A stretch of DNA of 27,578 nt from a virus (taxonomy: Duplodnaviria; Caudoviricetes): the IMG/VR virus record IMGVR_UViG_3300038674_000113, positions 1 through 27,578 of that record. The stretch is one strand, 5' to 3'. The position numbers were made by a program, and so were the translations under genes. The notes beneath the pieces were generated by a model. That model was given only the letters and a program-made list of their open reading frames with translations, made no database searches and was not told where the DNA came from. Positions 7,445-15,389 of the stretch are shown here, piece by piece; position 1 is the stretch's first letter; each line of letters opens with the position of its first letter.

Positions 7445-7615
7445 ATGCTCACATTCCTGATCATACTGATCCTGCTTTACTTCACTGGCCTGCTGCCATT
7501 TGTGTTCGCCATTATCATGTTCATTGCTGAACTGGCATTCACGGCGTTCATTCTCGTATTCGGCTTCTGCTGCTTCCTGCTGTCCTGCCTGCTCACCCCA
7601 TTCAAATCTAAATAA
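7445..7615 (+). CDS. Highly hydrophobic membrane protein, 56 aa
   Basis: TAAGG RBS; MLTFLIILILLYFTG...; ends at a terminator. Confidence 0.65.
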   Translation: MLTFLIILILLYFTGLLPFVFAIIMFIAELAFTAFILVFGFCCFLLSCLLTPFKSK

Positions 7616-7641
7616 CCCCTTCGGGGGTTATCTTATTTTTT
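7612..7641 (+). terminator. Rho-independent terminator
   Basis: ATAACCCC-TTCG-GGGGTTAT followed by a T-rich tail. Confidence 0.8.
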
Positions 7642-7657
7642 ATGGCCTCCGGCCATA
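7641..7657 (+). promoter_or_regulatory. N4-type virion RNAP hairpin promoter (template loop GGA)
   Basis: TATGGCC-TCC-GGCCATA; the template strand reads C-GGA-G as in the N4 P2 promoter; lies directly after a terminator. Confidence 0.85.
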
Positions 7658-7688
7658 TTTATGAGTTTCCCACCCTGGATTAAATCCT

Positions 7689-7937
7689 ATGGATATAACA
7701 GTTAAGATTAATGACTCAAGAGCCAAGTCAGCTATGACCATATGGCTCTTAGGTCAACCTGGTGAGTTAATCCCATTAAGTGCTGCCGATGACAGCGTAT
7801 TAAAGTATTTCCCCTTACATGAAACTGTTAAGTTGCTGTATCACGGTAAGACGTTAAGCGTTTATGTCGGCACTATCGTAAGCAATATTGAAACCAGGGA
7901 AATCTGGATAATGTCCTACCTACAAAAAGTGGAATAA
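7689..7937 (+). CDS. Hypothetical protein (possible degenerate RTxxLL member)
   Basis: First ORF after the promoter; INDSRAKSAMTIWLLG. Confidence 0.7.
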   Translation: MDITVKINDSRAKSAMTIWLLGQPGELIPLSAADDSVLKYFPLHETVKLLYHGKTLSVYVGTIVSNIETREIWIMSYLQKVE

Positions 7938-7941
7938 ATCT

Positions 7942-8256
7942 ATGCGTAAAATCATCTGCCCGTATTCCAAAAAGGGGATATGGATGACCCCTGAAATACT
8001 GGATGAGATACGCACTATGGATTTACTCCAGGTGCCTATCACAATCACAGCTATACCTGTTGATATTAATATGAGAGGTAGCAGCTTTATTACCCTAGGT
8101 AATAAGTTAATTCACGGTCACTATTTCGATAATAACCAATGGGGTTTTATCGTAACAGAGAACCTTTCCATGATACCAAGCAATGGCCCTAAGCCAGATT
8201 GGTTATCTCACCCGTTATTCCCAGACTGGGCTGATAGTCACGGAGTCCATTTATGA
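7942..8256 (+). CDS. Hypothetical protein, RTxxLL-motif family
   Basis: MTPEILDEIRTMDLL. Confidence 0.75.
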   Translation: MRKIICPYSKKGIWMTPEILDEIRTMDLLQVPITITAIPVDINMRGSSFITLGNKLIHGHYFDNNQWGFIVTENLSMIPSNGPKPDWLSHPLFPDWADSHGVHL

Positions 8257-8912
8257 CTATTGAACATGTTTACGCTATTAAACGAGGTAAGGAGTTTCTG
8301 CCTAAACCTAACTCCAGTCGTATGCGTGGTGGCTCATACGTTGAGCCAGTAAACCCACAGTATGCGTGGCCTCGTGTGTTCCCGGAATTACGCCATGCCA
8401 GGATCTATCTGAGCATCTGGCTGAAAGGTCAAATCCCGTGTGAGAAAGACTGGGATGGTGATGAGTTCGGTAGCTATTACTGGACTTATCCGGGTAAACC
8501 TATTCCCGTACCCACACGTAACCGTGAGGATATGGAAATCACGATGCTGCGACTGCATGAACATCGTGGGGGTGATACCCAGTTCAAGACCATGTATTTC
8601 CTGCGTGAGGTTGGCACCGGTAAGTTCCTTACCGATAAGTTTATCTCTAACCGTGTAATGGGTGATGAAGCCAGAGAGTTTGATGAAGAGTGCGTTTATC
8701 GTGCTCAGTTCTTCAAGTCATATCTGGCTGCTCATCGCTATCTGATCAAGTGGCGTCGTGGTTGTATTGAAGCCCTTTACGATGAAACTGACCCTGATGC
8801 CTGGCTGTCACCGTATGGTCGTGCTCGTATTCAAGAGCATGAGGATATGGTTGCCCGACGTAAAGAGGTCGATGTTGAAATCGTTGCCTACTGCTATAAG
8901 GAGTGCAAGTGA
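8253..8912 (+). CDS. Hypothetical protein with tandem duplicated domain
   Basis: Both halves share Y-x-[IL]-[KR]...FL...A-x-x-YL-x-x-W-x-x-G-x-I...D-x-EI. Confidence 0.8.
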   Translation: MTIEHVYAIKRGKEFLPKPNSSRMRGGSYVEPVNPQYAWPRVFPELRHARIYLSIWLKGQIPCEKDWDGDEFGSYYWTYPGKPIPVPTRNREDMEITMLRLHEHRGGDTQFKTMYFLREVGTGKFLTDKFISNRVMGDEAREFDEECVYRAQFFKSYLAAHRYLIKWRRGCIEALYDETDPDAWLSPYGRARIQEHEDMVARRKEVDVEIVAYCYKECK

Positions 8913-9214
8913 GTGAGATAATACTTGCTGCCATACAGCACGGTTATCTAATCTCACGTAAATTAAGTGAAGAACAAATTGGGGTTATTCGTACCAACTA
9001 TTTGTTGGGTAATCGAATGATAGATTATCATGATTCATTGACAATCTTAAAGCCCGATCAAATTCACTTAATTCAGACCAACGTATATATGCAATATCAA
9101 ATACCTGGTACTGACTTACGTATTACATTGGAGCCGTGCTCTAATTCCCAATTCGAATGGCCTACACCTTCGGTACAGGAAATGTATCATTTCATACGAG
9201 TGGAGGGAGCATGA
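8909..9214 (+). CDS. Hypothetical protein, RTxxLL-motif family
   Basis: AAGGAG RBS, GTGA overlap; LSEEQIGVIRTNYLLG. Confidence 0.75.
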   Translation: MSEIILAAIQHGYLISRKLSEEQIGVIRTNYLLGNRMIDYHDSLTILKPDQIHLIQTNVYMQYQIPGTDLRITLEPCSNSQFEWPTPSVQEMYHFIRVEGA

Positions 9215-9483
9215 AACGTTATTGTCGTGCCACCAGCGTTAATAATAATGGTCATCGTTATTTTGAAATCAACGATGACCTGATATTAAATATGCGTACT
9301 CAACACTTATTAGGTGTGGAGGACTGCATACTGGATGTGCCTGTATTAAAGATAGCTGAACTGGTTGTACCGCACTTATTAGTGTCCGGTAATAGCAGCC
9401 TTCTTTATCTGGATTCAGGCCGTATTAACTTCCTGTATTTTGAAAAGAATGGTCAGCTTATAGCGAGGTTTAATAAACTATGA
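9211..9483 (+). CDS. Hypothetical protein, RTxxLL-motif family
   Basis: GGAGG RBS, ATGA overlap; INDDLILNMRTQHLLG. Confidence 0.75.
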   Translation: MKRYCRATSVNNNGHRYFEINDDLILNMRTQHLLGVEDCILDVPVLKIAELVVPHLLVSGNSSLLYLDSGRINFLYFEKNGQLIARFNKL

Positions 9484-9773
9484 GTTATGAACTCAGATCC
9501 ATAGGATTCTCTCGCGTGGTATGCCATTTAAGCCAGAATGAAGTAGATGCTATACGTACCGCTTTAACCTTATTAGGTGAAGGTTCTGTATACCGTAAAG
9601 TGGTAGATACATTTAAATCTGATTTTGGTGTATCCAGCTATCTGAACATGACCGGAGATTTATATCTCGAAGGTCGTCCTGATACCCTAACCAGTGAAGA
9701 ATATGAACGTATCGAAGATGTTATTCAACCGATGACGTGGGTATTCAACTTCACTAAGGAGATCCCTTTTTAA
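9480..9773 (+). CDS. Hypothetical protein, RTxxLL-motif family
   Basis: ATGA overlap; LSQNEVDAIRTALTLLG. Confidence 0.75.
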   Translation: MSYELRSIGFSRVVCHLSQNEVDAIRTALTLLGEGSVYRKVVDTFKSDFGVSSYLNMTGDLYLEGRPDTLTSEEYERIEDVIQPMTWVFNFTKEIPF

Positions 9774-10102
9774 TGTCAAAATCAATTTACTTACGGGATA
9801 TATTACAGCGAAGCCCGAATGGTATTAGCCTCATCGTTGAGGCCAAGATAACTCAGGAAGAGTTTGATGCCATGCGTACTACTACGCTGATAACTCCCGA
9901 AACGGTATTCGAACTACCGTCCATCGTGTACTGGTATGACGGAGGCGATCCGCCTAAGCCCATATTCATGGACTGCCCGGAAGACTGGCGTGGTCGTGCT
10001 GTAGACCGTGGTGAGCTAATCCCACAGGTCAATCGCCGTATCATCTCACGCTGGTTTCTGAAATATAAACCACCGCTGAAACTTACAGGAGAAGCCGAGT
10101 GA
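9773..10102 (+). CDS. Hypothetical protein, RTxxLL-motif family
   Basis: TAATG overlap; ITQEEFDAMRTTTLI. Confidence 0.75.
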   Translation: MSKSIYLRDILQRSPNGISLIVEAKITQEEFDAMRTTTLITPETVFELPSIVYWYDGGDPPKPIFMDCPEDWRGRAVDRGELIPQVNRRIISRWFLKYKPPLKLTGEAE

Positions 10103-10392
10103 GAATAGGCAATGGCTCTATGGCCACACCTTCCCGGTATTATACCAAGCTCACCCTGGAGCAACTGGAACGCCTCAGAACAGAAGCTCTGCTGCTGGGC
10201 GAACTGTATACCAATGATGAATATCAGGGGTTTACGGCGTTCCTGCCTACCTGGGAGAGCAAGGGTAAGCCGGAGAAAAGCGATAGGCTCCGTGTCAACG
10301 GTAAGCCTGTCACACTCATCTATCTCGATGAGAATACGTTATCATCCAAACCAGGAATCGTAGAGACATGGATAATCAGGATACCGCTGTAG
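10099..10392 (+). CDS. Hypothetical protein, RTxxLL-motif family
   Basis: GTGA overlap; LTLEQLERLRTEALLLG. Confidence 0.75.
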   Translation: MRIGNGSMATPSRYYTKLTLEQLERLRTEALLLGELYTNDEYQGFTAFLPTWESKGKPEKSDRLRVNGKPVTLIYLDENTLSSKPGIVETWIIRIPL

Positions 10393-10694
10393 CACCGGAG
10401 TATGAAATCCGTAAGGTAAACGACGGTGAAACCATAAGCTGGCTTACGCCTGAGCAATATGATCACCTTCGTACAATGCGGCTGATAAGCCCCAAATTCG
10501 TGTACAAGGGCACCTTCCCGGTTAACCTGGCCAACGTCAGTTTAGGCCCGAATAACCTGGGTGGAACCATTCAGACCATCGTTACCATACCGGGCATCGA
10601 CAACAAGTTTGTCATCCTGGCTGTCTACGTGACGCATCACATGCTCAAGAATCCAGAGGTAACAATGGTGGAGGCAACTATTAAGGGCATGTAA
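10368..10694 (+). CDS. Hypothetical protein, RTxxLL-motif family
   Basis: LTPEQYDHLRTMRLI. Confidence 0.75.
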   Translation: MDNQDTAVAPEYEIRKVNDGETISWLTPEQYDHLRTMRLISPKFVYKGTFPVNLANVSLGPNNLGGTIQTIVTIPGIDNKFVILAVYVTHHMLKNPEVTMVEATIKGM

Positions 10695-10987
10695 TGGCTG
10701 AGCATACGTATAAATCCAAAGACTTAACCGCAGTGATCGACTGGGATATAAACCAGATAACCGATGCCGTTGAAGGCGTGGTGTTAGCTGATGTGAGCAT
10801 CTATGCCTATACACCCTCAAAGCTGGATATCAACGAGAGTTACCAGTTCAAACAGGATAACGTTTATTACGCATTTACCCTGCGTAAGGATGAACGCTAT
10901 GCCATAGCTACCAAGTGTTTGCTGGGTGTCTACTCCACCATCACGGTTGAAATGTCCTATGTCACTCTGGAAGGAAAACGCGCATAG
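10694..10987 (+). CDS. Hypothetical protein
   Basis: TAATG overlap; 97 aa; last gene of the array. Confidence 0.75.
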   Translation: MAEHTYKSKDLTAVIDWDINQITDAVEGVVLADVSIYAYTPSKLDINESYQFKQDNVYYAFTLRKDERYAIATKCLLGVYSTITVEMSYVTLEGKRA

Positions 10988-10992
10988 CGCGT
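10978..10992 (+). promoter_or_regulatory. Putative virion RNAP hairpin promoter (ATA class)
   Basis: ACGCGC-ATA-GCGCGT overlapping the upstream stop codon. Confidence 0.7.
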
Positions 10993-11059
10993 CGAACAGA
11001 ATAACTACCGGGGATTCCAGGGCTGCTGGGATCCTCGCTCACCCTTAAGGACTATCTGT

Positions 11060-11341
11060 ATGCCATCTATGAATATCGATCATGCTCAAACCAACCTGCG
11101 TTGGGCTTCCCGTGCATGGAAAGACGGGGAGATGCGTGCTCTGGCATTGTTCCTGTTTCGTAAAGGTCTGTCACAGCTTGTGATGGAAGACTTATCAGTG
11201 GAAATTCAGGTCGAGATTGCTGCTGCCCACCTGGGCCGTGAAGCATTCGAAGACCTGTCCCAATACAATGATGAGGTCAACAGCAATCCGGTGCTCTATG
11301 CAGCCTGGAAGGACGCTGTTAGCTGCCTCATCATCTGTTAG
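11060..11341 (+). CDS. Hypothetical protein
   Basis: TAAGGA RBS; 93 aa. Confidence 0.8.
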   Translation: MPSMNIDHAQTNLRWASRAWKDGEMRALALFLFRKGLSQLVMEDLSVEIQVEIAAAHLGREAFEDLSQYNDEVNSNPVLYAAWKDAVSCLIIC

Positions 11342-11344
11342 AAG

Positions 11345-11355
11345 GCGCATAGCGC
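11345..11355 (+). promoter_or_regulatory. Putative virion RNAP hairpin promoter (ATA class, short stem)
   Basis: GCGC-ATA-GCGC upstream of the gp2-like gene. Confidence 0.55.
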
Positions 11356-11430
11356 GTTATGTGCAATTAAGGGCAAAGGCCCACAATCCTTTAAATATCA
11401 TTCATCTACTCATTCTCCGAGGTATATATC

Positions 11431-11727
11431 ATGGCTTTCAATCGTCGTTCTTCTGGTTCTAACAACTCCGCTCCTGCTGCTGACAACCGCAACAAAGTCG
11501 CTGGCTATCTGAACATCGGCGTGATGACCAAACAAGGTCTGAAACGTCTGGGTGGTCAGGGTATTGGCCTGCGTGAGTCTCATCCCCTGGAAGGGATGAT
11601 CATCGACATGCTGAAAGACTGTAAGTCTGAGGCTGACGTTGAGAAACAACTGAAAGCGCTGGCATCCCGCATCGTCCTGTCGTATGGCGAAGCCACGCCG
11701 GAAGGCTCCAAGTTCGAACTCGCGTAA
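11431..11727 (+). CDS. N4 gp2-like ssDNA-binding activator of RNAP II
   Basis: Low-complexity N-terminus, then KVAGYLNIG (N4 gp2 has KAQFWLNIG as I recall it); lies upstream of RNAP II; GAGGT RBS. Confidence 0.65.
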   Translation: MAFNRRSSGSNNSAPAADNRNKVAGYLNIGVMTKQGLKRLGGQGIGLRESHPLEGMIIDMLKDCKSEADVEKQLKALASRIVLSYGEATPEGSKFELA

Positions 11728-11733
11728 CCAATC

Positions 11734-11762
11734 GGCCAACCTTCGGGTTGGCCTCTTTATTT
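11734..11762 (+). terminator. Rho-independent terminator
   Basis: GGCCAACC-TTCG-GGTTGGCC followed by TCTTTATTT. Confidence 0.8.
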
Positions 11763-11774
11763 GAGGGCATTGCT

Positions 11775-11939
11775 ATGCAAAAGATCACCGTATCACCAAA
11801 TAAGTGGGCAGTAGTCATAGGTTACGTTGAATACCACGCTGGGCGTCAGTTCCCGTGGATGGGGCGTCATGGCTGCGTACTCAGATTCTTTGCTACCGAA
11901 GCAGAGGCTACTCAATTCGCACTCACAGGTGAAATCTAA
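11775..11939 (+). CDS. Small hypothetical protein
   Basis: GAGG RBS before MQKITV. Confidence 0.65.
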   Translation: MQKITVSPNKWAVVIGYVEYHAGRQFPWMGRHGCVLRFFATEAEATQFALTGEI

Positions 11940-12382
11940 TGGGCTACAAAGAGAATCGTAAGCGTGAAATGGAACGCTGGGGAAGCCAGTCCAATGGGCG
12001 TATTAGTTATGGTAAAGAACTGGGTAAATACAAGCTAACCGGCAAGTATGGGAAGTGCATAACAGAGGACTTCTCAGAAGAGTTCAAGAACTTTGATGGC
12101 CAAACATATGGCCCGGACTACTGCCGCTGTCGTATGGATACCACCCGGTTAATCAAGATGACACCGGATCTGGTGGACTACCTCAAAACGGTAGCCCTCA
12201 TCACGAGTGAAAAGGGTGGGGAGTTCCTGCTCGAAGGGCAGAAAGCTCACTTCTCTGCCCATGTGAGCTACAAGCTCAACGTCACTATGGGCATAACCCT
12301 GAATAACACCCGGTTCTACTTTGAAATGATCAAAGTGAAGAAGCCGGTGTGGAGAGTACATTTCGTTAAAATGGAAGGATGA
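11939..12382 (+). CDS. Hypothetical protein with internal RTxxLL-like motif
   Basis: TAATG overlap; MTPDLVDYLKTVALI. Confidence 0.75.
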   Translation: MGYKENRKREMERWGSQSNGRISYGKELGKYKLTGKYGKCITEDFSEEFKNFDGQTYGPDYCRCRMDTTRLIKMTPDLVDYLKTVALITSEKGGEFLLEGQKAHFSAHVSYKLNVTMGITLNNTRFYFEMIKVKKPVWRVHFVKMEG

Positions 12383-12383
12383 T

Positions 12384-13367
12384 ATGGAACATAAGTGGTT
12401 GCCACCAAAAGAGCTACAACTCGTCAACGAACGTCAGTTTAACCGTAAGCATATCGACGGATACATCCGTAAGGAGTTATTTGAGGGCACCGAAAACCTG
12501 CTGCCAGAAGTGGAGCAGGGTGTTGAGTTATTGAAGCAGTGGATGAGTGAGCAGTATTACGACAGCAAAGCTGTCCGACTGCATCACTTAGCCCAGCTTG
12601 ACCTGGAGAAGCTCGTCAAAGAGATCTTCGTTGGTGTGACCTACTTCCAGGCTGAAACGCCTCTGGTCAATGCCATCGGTCAACTGGCTTCCCGTCTGGG
12701 CTTCGATGACAAACGTGATAGCGTGCAGACCATTGCTGAGGTGCTGGCTGTACTCGCTACAACCGACGTGTTCGACCTGAACAAGCATCACCGTAACAGC
12801 CCAATCCAGATAATCAGTAACATTCAGTTCAGTGAAGAATTAAGCAACTTCATTGAATATTCATGCTATTTACCACCACTGGTTTGTGAGCCTCGTAAGC
12901 TCACCAATAACCGTTCAACTGCCTACTATACCCACAAGAGCGATAGCCTCATTCTGGGTGGAGGATTCAACCATCATGACGGAAACATCTGCCTTGATGT
13001 ACTTAATTCACGCAATCGTGTTCCTCTGTCCCTGGACGTTGAGTTCCTATGCTCAGTGGAGGAAGAACCAACTCACGATCTGGATAGCATTGAGTCTGAT
13101 GAGGATCTCAGTGACTGGCAGATAGCGGATATGATCCGCAAACAGAAGGAGAACTGGGCATCCTACAAGGAGCAGTCCTATTACTTCTACAGCCTGATGG
13201 TGAACCAGGGTAACCGGTTCTATATCAGCAACAAGGTGGACAAACGCGGGCGCATGTACGCTTGCGGCTACCATATCACCCCACAGGGCACCAGCTTCAA
13301 GAAAGCAATGATTAACCTGGCCGACCAAGAGCCGGTAATCGGTGTACCTGATCAATTCAGAAAATGA
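12384..13367 (+). CDS. RNA polymerase II subunit 1 (N4 gp15-like)
   Basis: DKRGRMY (DxxGR motif), LPPLVCEPRKL and ITPQGTSFKKA; adjacent to the second subunit. Confidence 0.9.
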   Translation: MEHKWLPPKELQLVNERQFNRKHIDGYIRKELFEGTENLLPEVEQGVELLKQWMSEQYYDSKAVRLHHLAQLDLEKLVKEIFVGVTYFQAETPLVNAIGQLASRLGFDDKRDSVQTIAEVLAVLATTDVFDLNKHHRNSPIQIISNIQFSEELSNFIEYSCYLPPLVCEPRKLTNNRSTAYYTHKSDSLILGGGFNHHDGNICLDVLNSRNRVPLSLDVEFLCSVEEEPTHDLDSIESDEDLSDWQIADMIRKQKENWASYKEQSYYFYSLMVNQGNRFYISNKVDKRGRMYACGYHITPQGTSFKKAMINLADQEPVIGVPDQFRK

Positions 13368-13377
13368 GGATTAACTT

Positions 13378-14652
13378 ATGCAAAAGACTATCAATTTCGG
13401 TTCCGGGTTTCAGCGTTTCACTGGCTGGGAATACCTCTGTATCGATGCTGCCAACCACTTTGGCATGGATAAAGAACTGTTCGAAACTCGTATTGAGTTC
13501 ATCCAGAACAACATCGACAACCTCGAAGCTATCGCGGATCAGGCAGAAGAACCTGCCCTGTTCCGTAAGGCTGCAATGGTCATTGACCGTGCTCGCCGTG
13601 GTATCCCTGTTGGGCATATCGTTCACTTTGATGCCTGCTGTTCCGGTATCCAGATTATGTCAGCCCTCACGGGCTGCATCTCTGGTGCCTATAACACTGG
13701 CATGATTGACCCTCGCTCCCGTATGGATGCGTACAGCAACACCACAGCGGAGATGAATAAGCTCCTGCTGGAGTCTGGACACGCTACTATCACTGTTCCA
13801 CGCAAGGACGTGAAACAAGCCGTGATGACCTCTGGCTATGGCTCTAAGGCCGTGCCAAAGCGTGTATTTGGTGAAGGTGAAATGCTGGACGTGTTCTATA
13901 ACGCTGCGATGGCCATCGCTCCGGGCGCATTTCAGTTAATGGATGAATTGCTGGAGTCCTGGCGCCCATACGCACTGGATCACACTCTGGTGTTCCCGGA
14001 TGGCTTCGTAGCCGTGATGAAAGTCATGGAAACGAAGGAAACCAGGATTGAAGTAGACGAACTCGACCACGCTACGTTCACGCTGCAATACAAGGTGAAC
14101 GAAGGTACTGAGCGTGGCCGTGCCAACGTTGCCAATACCATTCATGGTTGTGACGCCTATCTCCTGCGTGGGATGGAACGTCGATGCAACTACGATCCAG
14201 CCATCGTTCGCCCTGCGAATGAGATGCTGGCTAATACTCAGGTGATGTATGCCAACGGTGCTAACCGTCTGCCTGTACATGCTGAACTGATTGAAGCTCT
14301 GGCACTGATGGAGAAGGCTCACATCGCTGACCTGTCCATCCTGCCACTGCTGACCTGGAGCAACGTTATGTGCCTGCCGGAGTGGATTGTTACCAAGCTG
14401 CTGTCCATCACTGATAACATGCTGACGTATAAGCCGTTCCCGATTATCACGGTGCATGATGCGTTCGGTTCCCATGCAAACAACTGCGATATCACCCGTT
14501 ACTGGTACAAAGAGATCATGGCAGACTTCGCTGATAGCGACATGCTGTCCATGCTCATGAACCAGTTATTCCAGTCCACTGATGGTGTCTACGAGAAGCT
14601 CAGCAACGACCTGGGCGATAAGATTCGTAACTCCAACTATGCGTTAAGCTGA
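13378..14652 (+). CDS. RNA polymerase II subunit 2 (N4 gp16-like, T7-family catalytic half)
   Basis: Motif A FDACCSGIQ, motif B RKDVKQAVMTSGYGS, motif C VHDAF. Confidence 0.95.
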   Translation: MQKTINFGSGFQRFTGWEYLCIDAANHFGMDKELFETRIEFIQNNIDNLEAIADQAEEPALFRKAAMVIDRARRGIPVGHIVHFDACCSGIQIMSALTGCISGAYNTGMIDPRSRMDAYSNTTAEMNKLLLESGHATITVPRKDVKQAVMTSGYGSKAVPKRVFGEGEMLDVFYNAAMAIAPGAFQLMDELLESWRPYALDHTLVFPDGFVAVMKVMETKETRIEVDELDHATFTLQYKVNEGTERGRANVANTIHGCDAYLLRGMERRCNYDPAIVRPANEMLANTQVMYANGANRLPVHAELIEALALMEKAHIADLSILPLLTWSNVMCLPEWIVTKLLSITDNMLTYKPFPIITVHDAFGSHANNCDITRYWYKEIMADFADSDMLSMLMNQLFQSTDGVYEKLSNDLGDKIRNSNYALS

Positions 14653-14659
14653 GGATTAT

Positions 14660-14830
14660 ATGGCAAGTTCACATGTCTCACGTTATTACCGGGAGTGCAT
14701 CAAAAAGTTGGAACGTAAGGGATTATTCGCCAAATTAACCGACGAAGAAACCAGAGCTATCAAAGCTCAGATTCATGAATCTATCCGACTTGCATCAAGT
14801 AAGGCATACATGTCAGGTTCATTAAGTTAA
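14660..14830 (+). CDS. Small hypothetical protein, 56 aa (MASSHVSRYY...)
   Basis: GAGGA RBS; ends just before a terminator. Confidence 0.65.
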   Translation: MASSHVSRYYRECIKKLERKGLFAKLTDEETRAIKAQIHESIRLASSKAYMSGSLS

Positions 14831-14835
14831 CCACC

Positions 14836-14859
14836 AGCCACCCTTCGGGGTGGCTATTT
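14836..14859 (+). terminator. Rho-independent terminator
   Basis: AGCCACCC-TTCG-GGGTGGCT followed by ATTT. Confidence 0.75.
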
Positions 14860-14874
14860 CATTGAGGAGTTCTC

Positions 14875-15123
14875 ATGAAATTGCTGCAATCCCTTCCGCA
14901 ACCGGGTAAGCCTATCGCCCGGTTGAATGTTCCCGCCTCTCTCGTTTCGACGGTCAAGGCCAGTATGCTGGCCGGGGTTAACCCGACCGAGTTCCGCATT
15001 ACTCCTGATCTACTGGAGAAAGGCTGGATGCGTATCAACCTGCCGGTATTCGGAGTGGTTGGCGTCAGTGTCTACGAAGACGGGGAAGACAAACTGATCC
15101 GTCTGCACCTGGAAGACCAATAA
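14875..15123 (+). CDS. Hypothetical protein
   Basis: GAGGAG RBS; 82 aa. Confidence 0.8.
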   Translation: MKLLQSLPQPGKPIARLNVPASLVSTVKASMLAGVNPTEFRITPDLLEKGWMRINLPVFGVVGVSVYEDGEDKLIRLHLEDQ

Positions 15124-15151
15124 CCCAGACGCTTCGCTTTAAACTTAAATG

Positions 15152-15166
15152 ACGCACTCCGTGCGT
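15152..15166 (+). promoter_or_regulatory. N4-type virion RNAP hairpin promoter (template loop GGA)
   Basis: ACGCAC-TCC-GTGCGT, intergenic. Confidence 0.75.
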
Positions 15167-15215
15167 TAAATGAATGACGCCCTGCGTCTGCATAACTTAG
15201 TTTTTACTTTCTGAA

Positions 15216-15247
15216 AGGACACCCCAGCTTAGGGTGTCCTATTTTTT
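15216..15247 (+). terminator. Rho-independent terminator
   Basis: AGGACACCC-7 nt-GGGTGTCCT followed by ATTTTTT. Confidence 0.85.
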
Positions 15248-15389
15248 CAGCACATACGTTTAGGTCTTATGGGGTATACCCCAAAAGTTTTAAACCTATA
15301 TGTTGAAGACAGTCATTTGAGACATTCTGACTAAACGAACCTATATCCTATCCTGGCTTACCTATACCTTAAATCGGCGGATAAAACTT

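Noticed and set aside
13364-13705. 113-aa alternative-frame ORF starting at the stop of RNAP subunit 1
   Set aside because: Overlaps the RNAP subunit 2 gene out of frame, is Ser/Leu-rich, and the GAGGA RBS fits the ATG at 13378
12384-14652. Split RNA polymerase as a frameshift or pseudogene
   Set aside because: A two-subunit RNAP II is normal for N4-like phages
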